From Callorhinchus milii (taxonomy: Eukaryota): a stretch of DNA of 64,000 bases. The notes beneath the pieces are model-generated. The model was not told the DNA's origin. It searched no databases and saw only the letters and a list, made by a program, of their open reading frames with translations. This document shows, piece after piece, positions 52,076 to 63,603 of this stretch. The translations under genes and the position numbers were made by a program. The first letter of the stretch is position 1, and every line of letters starts with the position of its first letter. The DNA is taken from contig NW_024704744.1 in the NCBI RefSeq assembly GCF_018977255.1, positions 372,001 to 436,000 on the forward strand, read 5' to 3'.

Positions 52076-52142
52076 GCTCCTGAGGACATTTGAGGAGCTG
52101 AAATCTGACAGTAAAATCTGGACTCAGTATAAGTTTACTCAC

Positions 52143-52484
52143 CGGTTATGTTCAGTCGGGTCCCGTTCCCACAGACATCTCCCCACACACAGCATTGATA
52201 GACGGCAGCGTCACTGACTGTCACTCGTCTGAGTGTCAGTATGTAGGTGTTATTGGAGGTGACTCTGGACGGCTGGAGACGCTGATTAACATCTTCGCGA
52301 TCTGTTTTCCTGCCACTTGTTTCATGTGTTAAAATCCACTCCCTCTGCTGTCCTGGGAGTTGTCGGTACCAGTGTACATCGGTGTGGCTCAAATCGGCGT
52401 TCTCCATGGAGCACTGTAACCGGGCCGGGTATCCCACTGCGACACGTTCCAGGGTCGGGGACTGAATGAGGAGAGGAGCAGCAT
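52143..52484 (-). CDS. Gene 1 exon 4: VJ-type Ig V domain (V2): AAPLLIQSPTLERV...RLQC...HWYRQLPGQQREW...DAAVYQCCVWGDVCGNGTRLNIT
   Basis: ttaaag acceptor, gtgagt donor, 342 nt open frame, phase 1/1, WYRQ and D-x-A-x-Y-x-C motifs. Confidence 0.9.
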
Positions 52485-52777
52485 CTTTAAGGAAAAGTTA
52501 TTAATAAGTTAGGGACTGCTTTGATGGTTGTAAAGTGTCTGAGGATTTAAAGGGACAGTCCAGGCAGTAAACAGTAGATGAGCTCACACTCCAGTGCAGT
52601 GGTGGGGGAGCACTGTATTGTCGGAGAAACCGTCCTTCAAAAGAGACGTAAACTGAGGTGCTATGTGTGAGTGTCCAGGTGGACGCTAAAGATCCTGGAA
52701 CATTGTTGAAAATGAGAGTGGAGTTTCTTCTGGTGAATTGGCTCACAATCCCCCACACAATACTGATCATTAACTAC

Positions 52778-53186
52778 AGGCGGTGTGAGTTTAGGGTGTG
52801 TACCTACACACAGTGTGAGTTTAGGGTGTGTACCTACACACAGTGTGAGTTTAGGGTGTGTACCTACACACAGTGAGAGTTTAGGGTGTGTACCTACACA
52901 CAGTGAGAGTTTAGGGTGTGTACCTACACACAGTGTGAGTTTAGGGTGTGTACCTACACACAGTGTGAGTTTAGGGTGTGTACCTACATACAGTGAGAGT
53001 TTAAGGTGTGTACCTACACACAGTGAGAGTTTAGGGTGTGTACCTACACACAGTGTGAGTTTAGGGTGTGTACCTACACACAGTGTGAGTTTAGGGTGTG
53101 TACCTACACACAGTGTGAGTTTAGGGTGTGTACCTACACACAGTGTGAGTTTAGGGTGTGTACCTACACACAGTGAGAGTTTAGGG
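52778..53186. repeat. 30-bp minisatellite, array between gene 1 V1 and V2
   Basis: about 13 units. Confidence 0.95.
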
Positions 53187-53194
53187 AGTTTAAG

Positions 53195-53455
53195 GCAGAG
53201 GGCGAAACCTTGGGCAAGTTTCCTTACTCCACACAGAGCCTAATAATAATCCTCCAAAAACCAAAAACAATAATTAAATTGGTCATTTTCAATCTACGAC
53301 TGTTTGTGGGACATTGCTGTGCGCAATTGGCCGCCGCGTTCGCCCACAAATATACAGTCAATTGACTTTACAGTGTGTTCTGTGAAGCGCTTTGGGACGT
53401 CCTCCCGACGTGAAAAGCGCTATATCAAAAGCCAGGATTATTATTATTAAGATAA
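53195..53455 (+). mobile_element. 5'-truncated SacSINE1-like SINE
   Basis: Deu core and tail. Confidence 0.85.
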
Positions 53456-53583
53456 TAATAATATAAAATGAGATTTTATATTTAAAGTATCATGAACATA
53501 TCAAGACAAGACATGTTAAAAGTATACAAAGTTACAAATAACATATTAAAGTGGATAGAAAGTGTACTCAAACGCGTACTCAC

Positions 53584-53928
53584 AGGTTATGTTCAGTAAC
53601 GTCCCGTCCCCACAAACCTCCCCCAGAACACAGCAGTAATAGACGGCAGATTCACTGATGGTCACGGCTGTGAGCTTGATAATGTAGGTGTTATTGGAGG
53701 TGACTCTGGATGGATGGAGACGTGCAGAGAAACCTCCGGTGTCTATTATCATGCCAGTTCTTTGGTGTGTTAAAACCCACGCCCTCTGCTTTCTCGGGAA
53801 TACCCTGTACCAGTTTACATTGAAGCGGCTCACATCGCCATTCTCCATGGAGCACTGGAACCAGATCGTGTCTCCCTCTCTGACATTTACCAACTTCGGA
53901 GACTGGACGAGTGACGGACCATCCGAAC
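53584..53928 (-). CDS. Gene 1 exon 3: VJ-type Ig V domain (V1): SDGPSLVQSPKLVNV...WFQC...NWYR...AVYYCCVLGEVCGDGTLLNIT
   Basis: ttaaag acceptor, gtgagt donor, 345 nt open frame, phase 1/1, V-set hallmarks and J-like end. Confidence 0.88.
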
Positions 53929-54259
53929 CTTTAAGTCAAAAATTATATTATAAAATCTGGCACAGATGTTGCTCCAGGGCTCATGTCGGGAATCAGAAGG
54001 AGGGGTGCAGACAGAGAGGTCGGGGGAGCGAGTTCCAGAGGTTGGGCTCGGCTCTCGTTGGGGACGTGGAGAGGCCGGGGGATGCTCAGCAAGCCCGAGT
54101 TATCTGAGCGCAGTGACAGGCTTTTCTGTCACCTGCCGCCACAACCACAGCCCTGAGTCTGGGCCTGAACTCAGCAGCTTGTCGTCACTGTCTCACAGCG
54201 ACCGTGTGTGTGCCTTGTGCCTCTCTGTGTGGCGCGGACACTCACATACACATTCATAC

Positions 54260-57170
54260 ACACAACAACAAAGTTACATTTGTATTGTGCCTTTCACATC
54301 GGGAGGATGTCCCAAGGCGCTGGACAGTCAGTGTTTTGGACCCAAGCTAAGGATCAGGGAGGGTGGAGGGCAGGGGCGAAGGGAGGGTGATCGAAGGCAT
54401 TGTCGAAGAGGAGGGTCTTGAGATGGGTCTTGAAGGAAGCAAGGAAAGGGCGAGGTGGAGGGACTGCGGGATGGAGCTCAGAGGGTGGGGGTAGAGTGCT
54501 CGCCTGCCAATATGGGGTGGGCAAGGATGGGAACGTGAAACATGTGAAGCCCGCTGAGCTGAGGGAGCGAGCAGGTTGGTAGAGGTTTACAAGGTCACAG
54601 AATTAGGGGGGAGCAAGACCATGGAAGGTTTTGAAGGTGAGGACCAGGATCTTGAACTGTATCCTCTATGTGATGGGAAGCCAGTGGAATCGGGCGACAA
54701 AGCGGGTTATAGGGTCATGAAGACTGGTGGGGGAGAGGACACAGGCTGCAGAGTTAGTTCAGGATGATCTGCAGCCTGTAGAGGGAGGAGTTGGGGAGGC
54801 CGACAAGCAGGGAGTTTGCATAGTCAAGCTTGGATGTAATGAAGGCGTGTATGAGGGTTTTGGTAGCCTGCAGTGCGAGGTAGTGGCGGAGCTGGGTGAT
54901 GCTGCGGAGGTGGGGGAAGGCAGAGCAGGCCATGGCACAGAAAGGATAGTTGAGGGTCAAGCAAGATGCCAAGGTTCCGGAATGGCTTAGCAAGGTGGAG
55001 TGTGCAACCATGGACGGTGATGCTGTCAGTGCTTCGGGGGAGGAGTGCTGATGGGAGCCAATCAGGTGATCTTGTGCCTCTCTCGGAGAGGCAGAGAGGT
55101 AGAGTTGGGTGTCATCCATATACATGTGGGAGTTGACTCCATGTCTCCGGATGATGTCACCAAGAGGGAGAATATAGTTATTGAAGAAGAGGGGACCAAG
55201 GACAGAGCCCTGGGGAACACCACACAAGACGGTGTGGGGGCTGGAGGAGAAGCCGTTTGAGGAGATGAAGTGCAGGCTGTGTGAGAGATACAATCTGAAC
55301 TGGTCAAGGACACAGCCATGGAGGTCGAGGTGAGAGGAGAATGGTCAACGGTGCAAAAGCAGCAGAGAAGTCAAGGAGGACGAGAGGCAGAGGGAGCCCC
55401 GGTCGCAGATGGACAGAATGTCATTTGTCACTTTGACCAGGGCTGTTTCTGTGCTGTGGGCGGCATGGAAACCTGATTGGAGGGGTTCGAGAAGGGAGTG
55501 GTGGGAGAGGAAGGAGTGAAGCTGAGAAGCAAAAACCCGTTCCAGGACCTTGGAGAGGAAAGGGAGTTTGTAGATAGGGCGGTAGTTTCGGAGTAGAGAA
55601 GGGTTCATGGAGGTTTTTTTTTAAGGATAGGAATGATGACAGCGGTTTTTAAAGGGTTGGGAACATTACCAGAGACAGGGAGAGGTTATACGACGTCAGA
55701 GCGAAGAGGGGCAAGGGGATGGAGCAGGGAGGTAAGGAGGGGCTAGGGATGGGGTCAGGGGAGCAGGTTTCATGCAGGTTATAGCGGTGATGAAAGAGGA
55801 GGGGGAGACGGGTTCAAAGGTGTGGAGGGAGGGATGGGTAGGTGCCGGGGTGGGAGGAGGAGATGGGGAGGGCGTAGCAGAGGCAGCTGAGTGGATTCCC
55901 TCGACTTTGGATTGAAGGAAGTCCAGCATTGCCTCGCAGTTGAGGTGAAGATGGGTGAGGCGTGAGAGGGTGGGCGGAGGAGCCGGTTCGTGATGGAGAA
56001 GGGGAGCCTGGGGTTGTCCTTAGCCTCCAAGATTGTCTTGGTGTAGAATGACGATTTAGCGGAGGTGAGGGCAGAACGGTTGGATTTGATATTATCCAGC
56101 CAGATCTGCTGATGGACCGAGGTTTGATTTAAGCCAGGTGCGCTCAACAGAACACACCTGGGGTTTTCGGGAGCAGAGGTGGCTGGTGTACCAACGTGAT
56201 TTACGTGAATAGGAGACATATCGGGAAGAGGGGAGCGAGGGAATTGAGAATGGAGAAGAGGGAGCTGTGAAAAAGATTTACCGAGGGGGATAGGTCATTG
56301 CGGGAAGAAGCCCAGAGGGGAAGGAGTTCAGATGACTCCAAGGCAGCCGAGAGGGAGGTGGGAGAGATTTTTTCCAGGGATGTTAGGAGATGGAGGTGGG
56401 TTGGGTGGCAGTGCAGAGAGGGATTGAGGAGTTAAGGGAGATGAAGTGATGGTCCAAGATTGCTTTGTTGATGATGGTGAGGTCGAGTCCGTGCGGCCCC
56501 GAGTGATCACCAGGTCGAGGGGGTTACCGTGGACTTGAGTGACGGAATGGATGTGGAGGGAGAAGTTGAGGGAGGAAAAGTCAACAGAGGTAGAGCAGGA
56601 CGGGGTGAAGTGAAGGTTGAAGTCACCTAGGATGAGGAGGCGTTCGGAGAAAAGGGAGAGGGATGATAGAAGGTTGGAGATTTCTGGGCTGAAGGTGGGG
56701 GAGGACTTGGGGGGCGGTAGATGAGCAGAATTTTGAGGGAAAGGTTGGAGAGTTGATAAGGGTAAGGTGCTCAAAGGAGGGGAAGGTTCCAGAGTAAGGG
56801 GATAGCTTGAGCGGGGACCAGGAGATGAGAGTCACCCTGCCACCAGGGTGGTTAGGTCTTGGATTGTGATGGAAGGTGTAGCCATGTGGTGTGGCTTCTC
56901 TCAGGGAGAAGGTGTCGCCTGGAGTGACCTAGGTTTCAGTGAGGGTGAGGATGTCAATGGTTTCAGTGAGGGCGAGCGAGGAAGTCGATGTTTTCATTGA
57001 CGATGAGGTCTTGGATGGTGAGTGTTTTGTTGGAGAGGAATCGGACGTTTTGTAGATCGATGTGGAGGGGACAGTTGGTGGGGGAAAGTAGGGGGTGAAG
57101 GGGGACAGTGAGAGGACTGACAGGGAGGGTGGGAATTTGGATCAGGGAGGAGAGGTTGGCCCCCCTGGTA
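54260..57170 (-). mobile_element. L2 LINE pieces (endonuclease, RT, tail) in gene 1 VB-V1 intron
   Basis: [41 protein letters not shown]. Confidence 0.88.
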
Positions 57171-57859
57171 CCGTGACAACATACAAGTACAGATAAGTAC
57201 CGTAACATACACAGATACATACACACAGGCACATACCTACACACACATGCACACACATACACCCACATAGACACACACACACACACCATTGCTGCACAAT
57301 TCCCAGTGGACACCCTCACTGTTTACACATTCTGTACAGCCAGTGGAATTTCTGCTTCACATCTCTCTCCCAGTCTGATCTCTTGCTCTCCTCCCACTCT
57401 CTGACCTCCCTCTCTCTCTGTGTCTCTCTCTCTTCCCCGCTCTCTCTTTCACGCTGCAGATGGATGACTAACTTTCTCCAGTTGAAGGTCGACAAGACAG
57501 AGGCTGCCCTGCTTGGCTCCCATCAGCGCCTTCTCACCTCAGCCTGCCTGAGACCCTGATCCAGACCTTCATCACATCCAGGCTGGACTACAATTGTGTG
57601 TTCACTCTTTTTTCTCAAGTCTTCCCTCCAGAAGCTCCCTGCACCATCCAGAACTCTACAGCTCATGTCCTCTACCGCACTGGGCTCCAAAAGCCGATCA
57701 GACCCATCCTCACCTGCTCCATATCCCCCAGAGATTTGAGTCAAGATCCTCGTTCTCACGTTTAAATCCCTCCATTATCTTCCCAAACCCCACCTGTGTG
57801 ATCCCTACAATCCACTCGCTCCCTCTGAGGCGAGGGCTCTACCACTGTTACAGGGGGTA

Positions 57860-58015
57860 ATGCTGGCTGTGTGGGGGGGGGAGGGGAGGGGGGAATGCTG
57901 GCTGTGGGGGGGAGGGGGAATGCTGGCTGTGGGGGGAGGGGAGGGGGAATGCTGGCTGTGGGGGGGAGGGGAGGGGGAATGCTGGCTGTGGGGGGGAGGG
58001 GGGAATGCTAGCTGT
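57860..58015. repeat. G-rich minisatellite (GGGGGAATGCTGGCTGTGGGGGGGAGGGGA-like)
   Basis: direct reading. Confidence 0.85.
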
Positions 58016-58499
58016 CGGGGAGGTTGCTGTGAGGGACGTCGCTCAGTGTCTCCGCGGTTCCCCCCGTGAGGCTAAGGGAGGTCCCCATCGTCTGTCCTGA
58101 CACTGAACCACAAAACCCTGCCCTCATTTCCCCTGTCTCTCTCTCTCTCTCTGATCTCACTCTGTCTCTCCCCCACTCCTCACACACTCCCTCTCTCAAT
58201 CAGCTCACTGTCTGGCAGCGGGAACAGGACACCATGAATGAGAGACCTGGTTGGCTTCCCCTCAGCTCGGGAAGGATTTCCTGACAGACACAATGAGCTT
58301 CAGGGAGTGAGATAAGCCTCCCATTGCTGCAGTCTGTCAGGAAGCCCTTCCCAAGCTGGGAGTCTCCTTACCCACCGCGTCCTCCCAACCCCCAGCTCCT
58401 GCCCCCACCCCAAGAGGAGAGCTCAATGGGTTCAGTTTGTGTCTCTCTCTCTCTGGTTCCCTCTCCCCAGCATAGAGCCGCTGTCTGTGGTTTACTTAC

Positions 58500-58850
58500 G
58501 TGCAACACTGAGCTCGCTCCCAGTTCCTCTGATGTTTGTACGGAACACAAAACAGTAATAGACCGCAAATTCCGTGAGCTTCAGGTTACTGATTGTCAGA
58601 GTGAAGCTGTTACTGAAATCGTCTCTGGTGGCCTGGAAACGGGCATCACTTGTATATCTGTGAATGTCATGATTTCTGTAATAAATCAGCAGATTTGTAG
58701 CCTTGCCTGATCTTGTCATCTTCTCCCAGACCAGGTCCATATCAGACACTTTGCTGTTCTCCACTCTACACCGAAGTTCCACTGTCTGTCCCTCTCGGGC
58801 TGGTTTGAATTCCGGAGTCTGAACCAGGATTTGGGACTGAACCATTATTC
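58500..58850 (-). CDS. Gene 1 exon 2: VJ-type Ig V domain (VB): IMVQSQILVQTPEF...VELRC...LVW...FTLTISNLKLTEFAVYYCFVFRTNIRGTGSELSVA
   Basis: tttacag acceptor, gtaagt donor, 351 nt, phase 1/1; B-strand Cys, C-strand Trp, YYC, J-like G-x-G-S-x-L-x-V in the same exon. Confidence 0.9.
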
Positions 58851-59600
58851 CTGTAAATGAGAAACATTTAAAGGATAAAAAGAGCCAATCAATAAGATCA
58901 CAGCTTCCTGAGCTCAGCAACAATCCCATGTCCCGAGGCTTTAGACTGGGAGTGAGAGAACTTCCTTAGTTTTTCTTCCTCCTTATTACCTCAAACTCCC
59001 AATGTGTTCAGCTGATTATTCTAATGTGTAGTGACTGTGCTGGTGCTTACTTCCACTGGAGCTCTCTACTCTAACCCCATTCCCTGCTCTCTCTTGCTCC
59101 TGACTGGAGCTCTCTACTCTAACCCCATTCCCTGCTCTCTCTTGCTCCTGACTGGAGCTCTCTACTCTAACTCCATTCCCTGCTCTCTCACTGAATGTTT
59201 TATATTGTATTTAATTGTTTTTCTGGTCTCCGTCTCAGTGGCCATTTGTGATAAAGTTTCTGCTTTAATAACCGTCTGTGTGATCACGTTTCCTCTGACC
59301 TCGTGTGATCTCCCCAGTGTCAGTGCTGAGTGTCTGCCCATTGCCACCCATCTCCTCGCTGGAGCAATAATCTGTCCTCTCCAAACATTTCAGAATTCAG
59401 AGAGCTGTCGGCTTCACTGAGCAGCAAACTGAGTGCAGTTACACATCCTGAAAGTGACTGATAAACAGCACTCATCCTGGGACTCGTTCAACACAGACTC
59501 ACAGAGACATCAGTTAACTGCTCGGTAACATTAACCAGGTAAAGTCCTGCTCAATGGAAATAACCCTCACCCCATCAACCAAACAGGGACCTGGACTTAC

Positions 59601-59652
59601 CCAGAGCAAGGCAGAGGGTCAGGGTGACAGCTGTGAGGGGCTCACTGGCCAT
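59601..59652 (-). CDS. Gene 1 exon 1: signal peptide MASEPLTAVTLTLCLAL(G)
   Basis: ATG at 59652, hydrophobic 17-aa leader, G|gtaagt phase-1 donor; identical copy at 38897-38948. Confidence 0.85.
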
Positions 59653-60469
59653 TCTAACCGCTGGGGGCTTCCCTCAGGTCAGGGTTTCACTGTGATGAGT
59701 CCTTGCCCACACACACAGCGGGTCAGAGCGGGTGGAACCAGCTCACACAAGGCCGGTCTCCGCTCAGAAAGAAGAAGTTAGTGGCTTCTCTATCAAACTG
59801 GACCCTGCCCCTGGAGGTAAGACAAAGTCACAGTCAGTCACACAGAGAGGCGTCGCAGAGGAGATTAATGAGAGGCTGTAATTCAGTCAGACTGTGGGCG
59901 CCTGATGGTCAACGGTGGTCAGTGTGAACACGAACGATGAATCTGCAGTAATTCTGCTCTGACTTGAACCACACTCTCAGGAATGGATATTCCCCCTGGA
60001 GGGAAGCATCCTGCTTACCCAATTTCAGAAAGTATTAGGCGTAGGTTGGCAAGAGCCACGGCTTGGGGACCCCAGAGTGTGCATTGGAGTAACTGCTAAA
60101 GCTGCTAAGCTTGCCATCAATATTGCTATCTGGTAAGCTTTCCCATTGCTTCTCTGGCTTCGACCACCCACCCGATAGAGCTTTGGCTGGCAGGGCTAAC
60201 AGGATCTGAGTGGGAGGATTTTCTGCCCCCAGTGACTGGTCTGCCCTTCCAAGTCCTGCTGATAAGCCAGATCAGGCTGTGCTATCATCAGCAGAGCCCT
60301 GGAGTACTGCAAACCTCCCTGGCTCAGCAACTGGATGAGAGACCATCAGAGGGTTGGCTGAATTCTGACATTGCTTTGCCAAACATGTCAGCTTGGAGCC
60401 AGTTCAGTTTATCCTGGAGAACCTATACAGAAAGGCTGAACATGGTTGGACTCTTGAAAAGAGGAGCGT

Positions 60470-62500
60470 AAAAACATAAGAACATAAGAATTAGGAGCAG
60501 GAGTAGGCCATTCGGCCCCTCTTACCTGCCCCGCCATTCAATAATGGCTGATCTATTCTTACTCCACCTACCGGCCTTATCCCCATATCCCTTAATCCCT
60601 TTATCGACAAGAAATCTATCAATCTCAGTCTTGAATATGTTCAAGGACTGAGCATCTACAGCCCTTTGGGATAGAGAATTCCATAAATTCACTAACCTCT
60701 GAGTGAAGACATTTTTCAACTCAGTGCGAAAGGGCTCACCCCTAATTTTAAGAATGTGACCCTTGGTTATAGTTTCTTCAACCAGGGGAAAAAGTCTCCC
60801 ACTATCTATTCTGTTGTGCCCCTTAATAATTATTAAGGTCTCTATTATAGGTCTCTATAAGATCACCTCTCATTCTTCTATATTCTAGAGAATATAGGCC
60901 TAAGTTGCTCAACCTATCCTCATGAGTCATCCTCCACATCCCTGGTACCAACCCAATGAATCTACGCTGCACCCCCTCCAAGGCGAGTACATCCTTTCTT
61001 AAATAATGAGACCAAAACTGCACACAATACTCGAGGTGCGGTCTCACCAGGGCCCTATACAGTTGCAGCAAGACTTCACTACTCTTATATTCTAACCCTT
61101 TTGTAACAAATGCCAACATACCGTTAGCCTTCCTAATTGCTTGCTGTACCTGCAAATTAACTTTTTGTGACTGGTGTACAAGGACACTGAACGCTAACAC
61201 TGTCTAGTCTCTCCCCTTCTAAAAAGTAATCTGCTCTACCGTTTTTGCCACCTAGGTTGATGACCTCACACTTCCCTACATTATACTTCATCTGCCACCT
61301 ATTTGCCCACTCATCTGCCTATCTATATCTCGTTGCATTTTTTTAATGTCATCCTCAGTGTTTACTCTCCCTCCGAGTGTAGTGTCATTCGTGATATTGG
61401 ATATATTAAGTTTGATGTCTTCATCTAGATCGTTGATGTAGATAGTAAATAGTTGAGGCCCAAGCACTCCTTGTGGCACTCCACTAGTCACATTCATAGA
61501 TTCATAGATTCATAGAATGTTACGGCACAGAAGGAGGCCATTCGGCCCATCGAATACATACGGCTCTTTGACAGAGCGTCACTCTCACTGACCCCAATCA
61601 CCAGCTTTCTCCCCATAACCCCACAAACCCGTCTTCCCCGATACCTGTCCAGTTCTCTCTTAAAAGCTGTTATCGAATCGGACTTCACTCCCTTTTCGGG
61701 CGGATCATTCCAAATTCCAACAACTCGCTGAGTGAAAACATTTCTTCTAACCTCCCCTCTGCTTCTTTTGGTGATATCTTCAGACTGTGACCGCGGGTCA
61801 CACACAGACACACCGACCAACGGAAATAGCTTGTCCCGATCTCGCCTGTCAAAACCTTTCATGATCTTGAAGACCTCTATCAGGTCCCCGCGTAACCTTC
61901 TCTGTTCTAATGGGAAAAGTCCTAACTTCTCCACTGTCCTCATAGCTAAGGTTCCCTATTCCTGGTATCATTCTCGTGAATCTCCTCTGTACCCTTTCCA
62001 GTGCCTTAATGTCCTTCCTCAGGTAAGATGTCCAGAACTGGACGCAGTCCTCCAGCTGAAGCCTCAGCAGTGTTTTGTACAGATTAACCATAACCCTTAT
62101 TCTTATACTCTATGCCCTACTAATGAAGCTCAGGACACCAAATGCCCTTTTTACTGCCCTATCTACCTGCCCCACTACCTTTAATGATTCGCTTACTTGA
62201 ACACCCAGATCCCTCTGTACGTTCACCCCCCTTAAGATTGAGCTCCAAGTCTATATTGTCTCCTATCATTTTTCCTCCCTAAGTGTATCACCTCACACTT
62301 ATCCTCATTGAAATCCATCTGCCACATGTCAGCCCATTCCACCATTCTGTGTGTGTCTGCCTGCAGTTGGTTACAGTCCTCTCACTATTTCCTTCCCGAC
62401 CTAACTTGGTATCATCTGCAAGCTTGGAAATAGTGCTCCCTGTGCCCCATTCCAGATCATTAATATATATTAGAAAGAGCAGTGGTCCCAATACCGATAA
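60470..62500 (-). mobile_element. Two adjacent CR1 LINE fragments (about 60470-61495 and 61495-62500)
   Basis: LVRPHLEYCVQFW, GVPQG, ADDTKLG; aacataagaacataagaa and catagattcatagaa termini. Confidence 0.88.
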
Positions 62501-62509
62501 ATCACGTTG

Positions 62510-63110
62510 TGGGGAGAGCCCGGGAGAGTGGGGTTGATCAGGGCTATGGAGGGAGAGTGGGGAGTGGGATTGATCAGTGCTGCAGGGAGAGAGCGGGAGA
62601 GAGGGGTTGATCAGGACGATGGGGAGAGAGTGGTGGAGTCAGGTTGATCAGGACTATGGGGAGAGAGCGGGGGAGTGGGGTTGATCAGGACTATGGGGAG
62701 AGAGCGGGGGAGTGGGGTTGATCAGGGATATGGGGAGAGAGCAGAGGAGTGGGGTTGATCAGGACTATGGGGTGAGAGTGGTGGAATCGGGTTGATCAGG
62801 ACTATGGGGAGAGCGGGAGGGGGGTTTGAGGTTCATCAGGACTATGGGGAGAGAGGGTGGGGGGAGTGGGGTTGATCCGAGCTATGGGGAGAGAGTGAAA
62901 TTGATCAGGTCTATGGGGTGCGAGCAGGTGAGTGGGGTTGATCAAGGCTATGGGAAGAGAGTGGGGGAGTGGGATTGTACAGGGCTATCGTTATTGAGTG
63001 GTGCAATGGGGTTTATCAGGGGCTATGGGGAGAGCGCGGGGGAGTGGGGTTGATCAGGGTTTTGGGGAGAGAGTGGGGGAGTGGGGTTGATCAGGGCTAT
63101 GGAGAGAAAC
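62510..63110. repeat. Degenerate minisatellite (GGGAGTGGGGTTGATCAGGACTATGGGGAGAGAG-like)
   Basis: direct reading; shorter copy at 4855-4990. Confidence 0.88.
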
Positions 63111-63250
63111 AGAAACCTGGCTCACCCCAGGCGACACCGTCCCCCTCACGGAGGCCACGCCACCCGGCTACACCTCCCACCACATCCCCGCCCCAACCGC
63201 CGTGGCGGTGGTGTTGCCCTTATCTCAAGGACACCACTCCCCTACTCCAC

Positions 63251-63280
63251 NNNNNNNNNNNNNNNNNNNNNNNNNNNNNN
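63251..63280. other. Assembly gap (30 N)
   Basis: run of n. Confidence 1.
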
Positions 63281-63603
63281 GCACTAAATGTTGATGGACA
63301 GTGGGATCGTTAGAGTAAGCCACTCGACTTACTGCGTAGTCGTTTAACACCTTTTTATTCCATTCTGTTTTTCATCCTTTCTTAGTTTTGCTATTCTTTC
63401 AGTCTTTCTCTCTCTCTTCCTCTCTCTCTCACTCTCTCTCACTCTTCCTTTTCGTTCAGTTTAATCCACATCTGACTGAATCACATGCAAAGTGTTAACT
63501 GTCAACAACAGCAAATACTCAGGCAAAGCTGTACTTCACAATTAACCCAGAATATTGCAAGCAAACAGGGTCAACAAGCACAGAGCATTACAGCTGATCT
63601 GAG

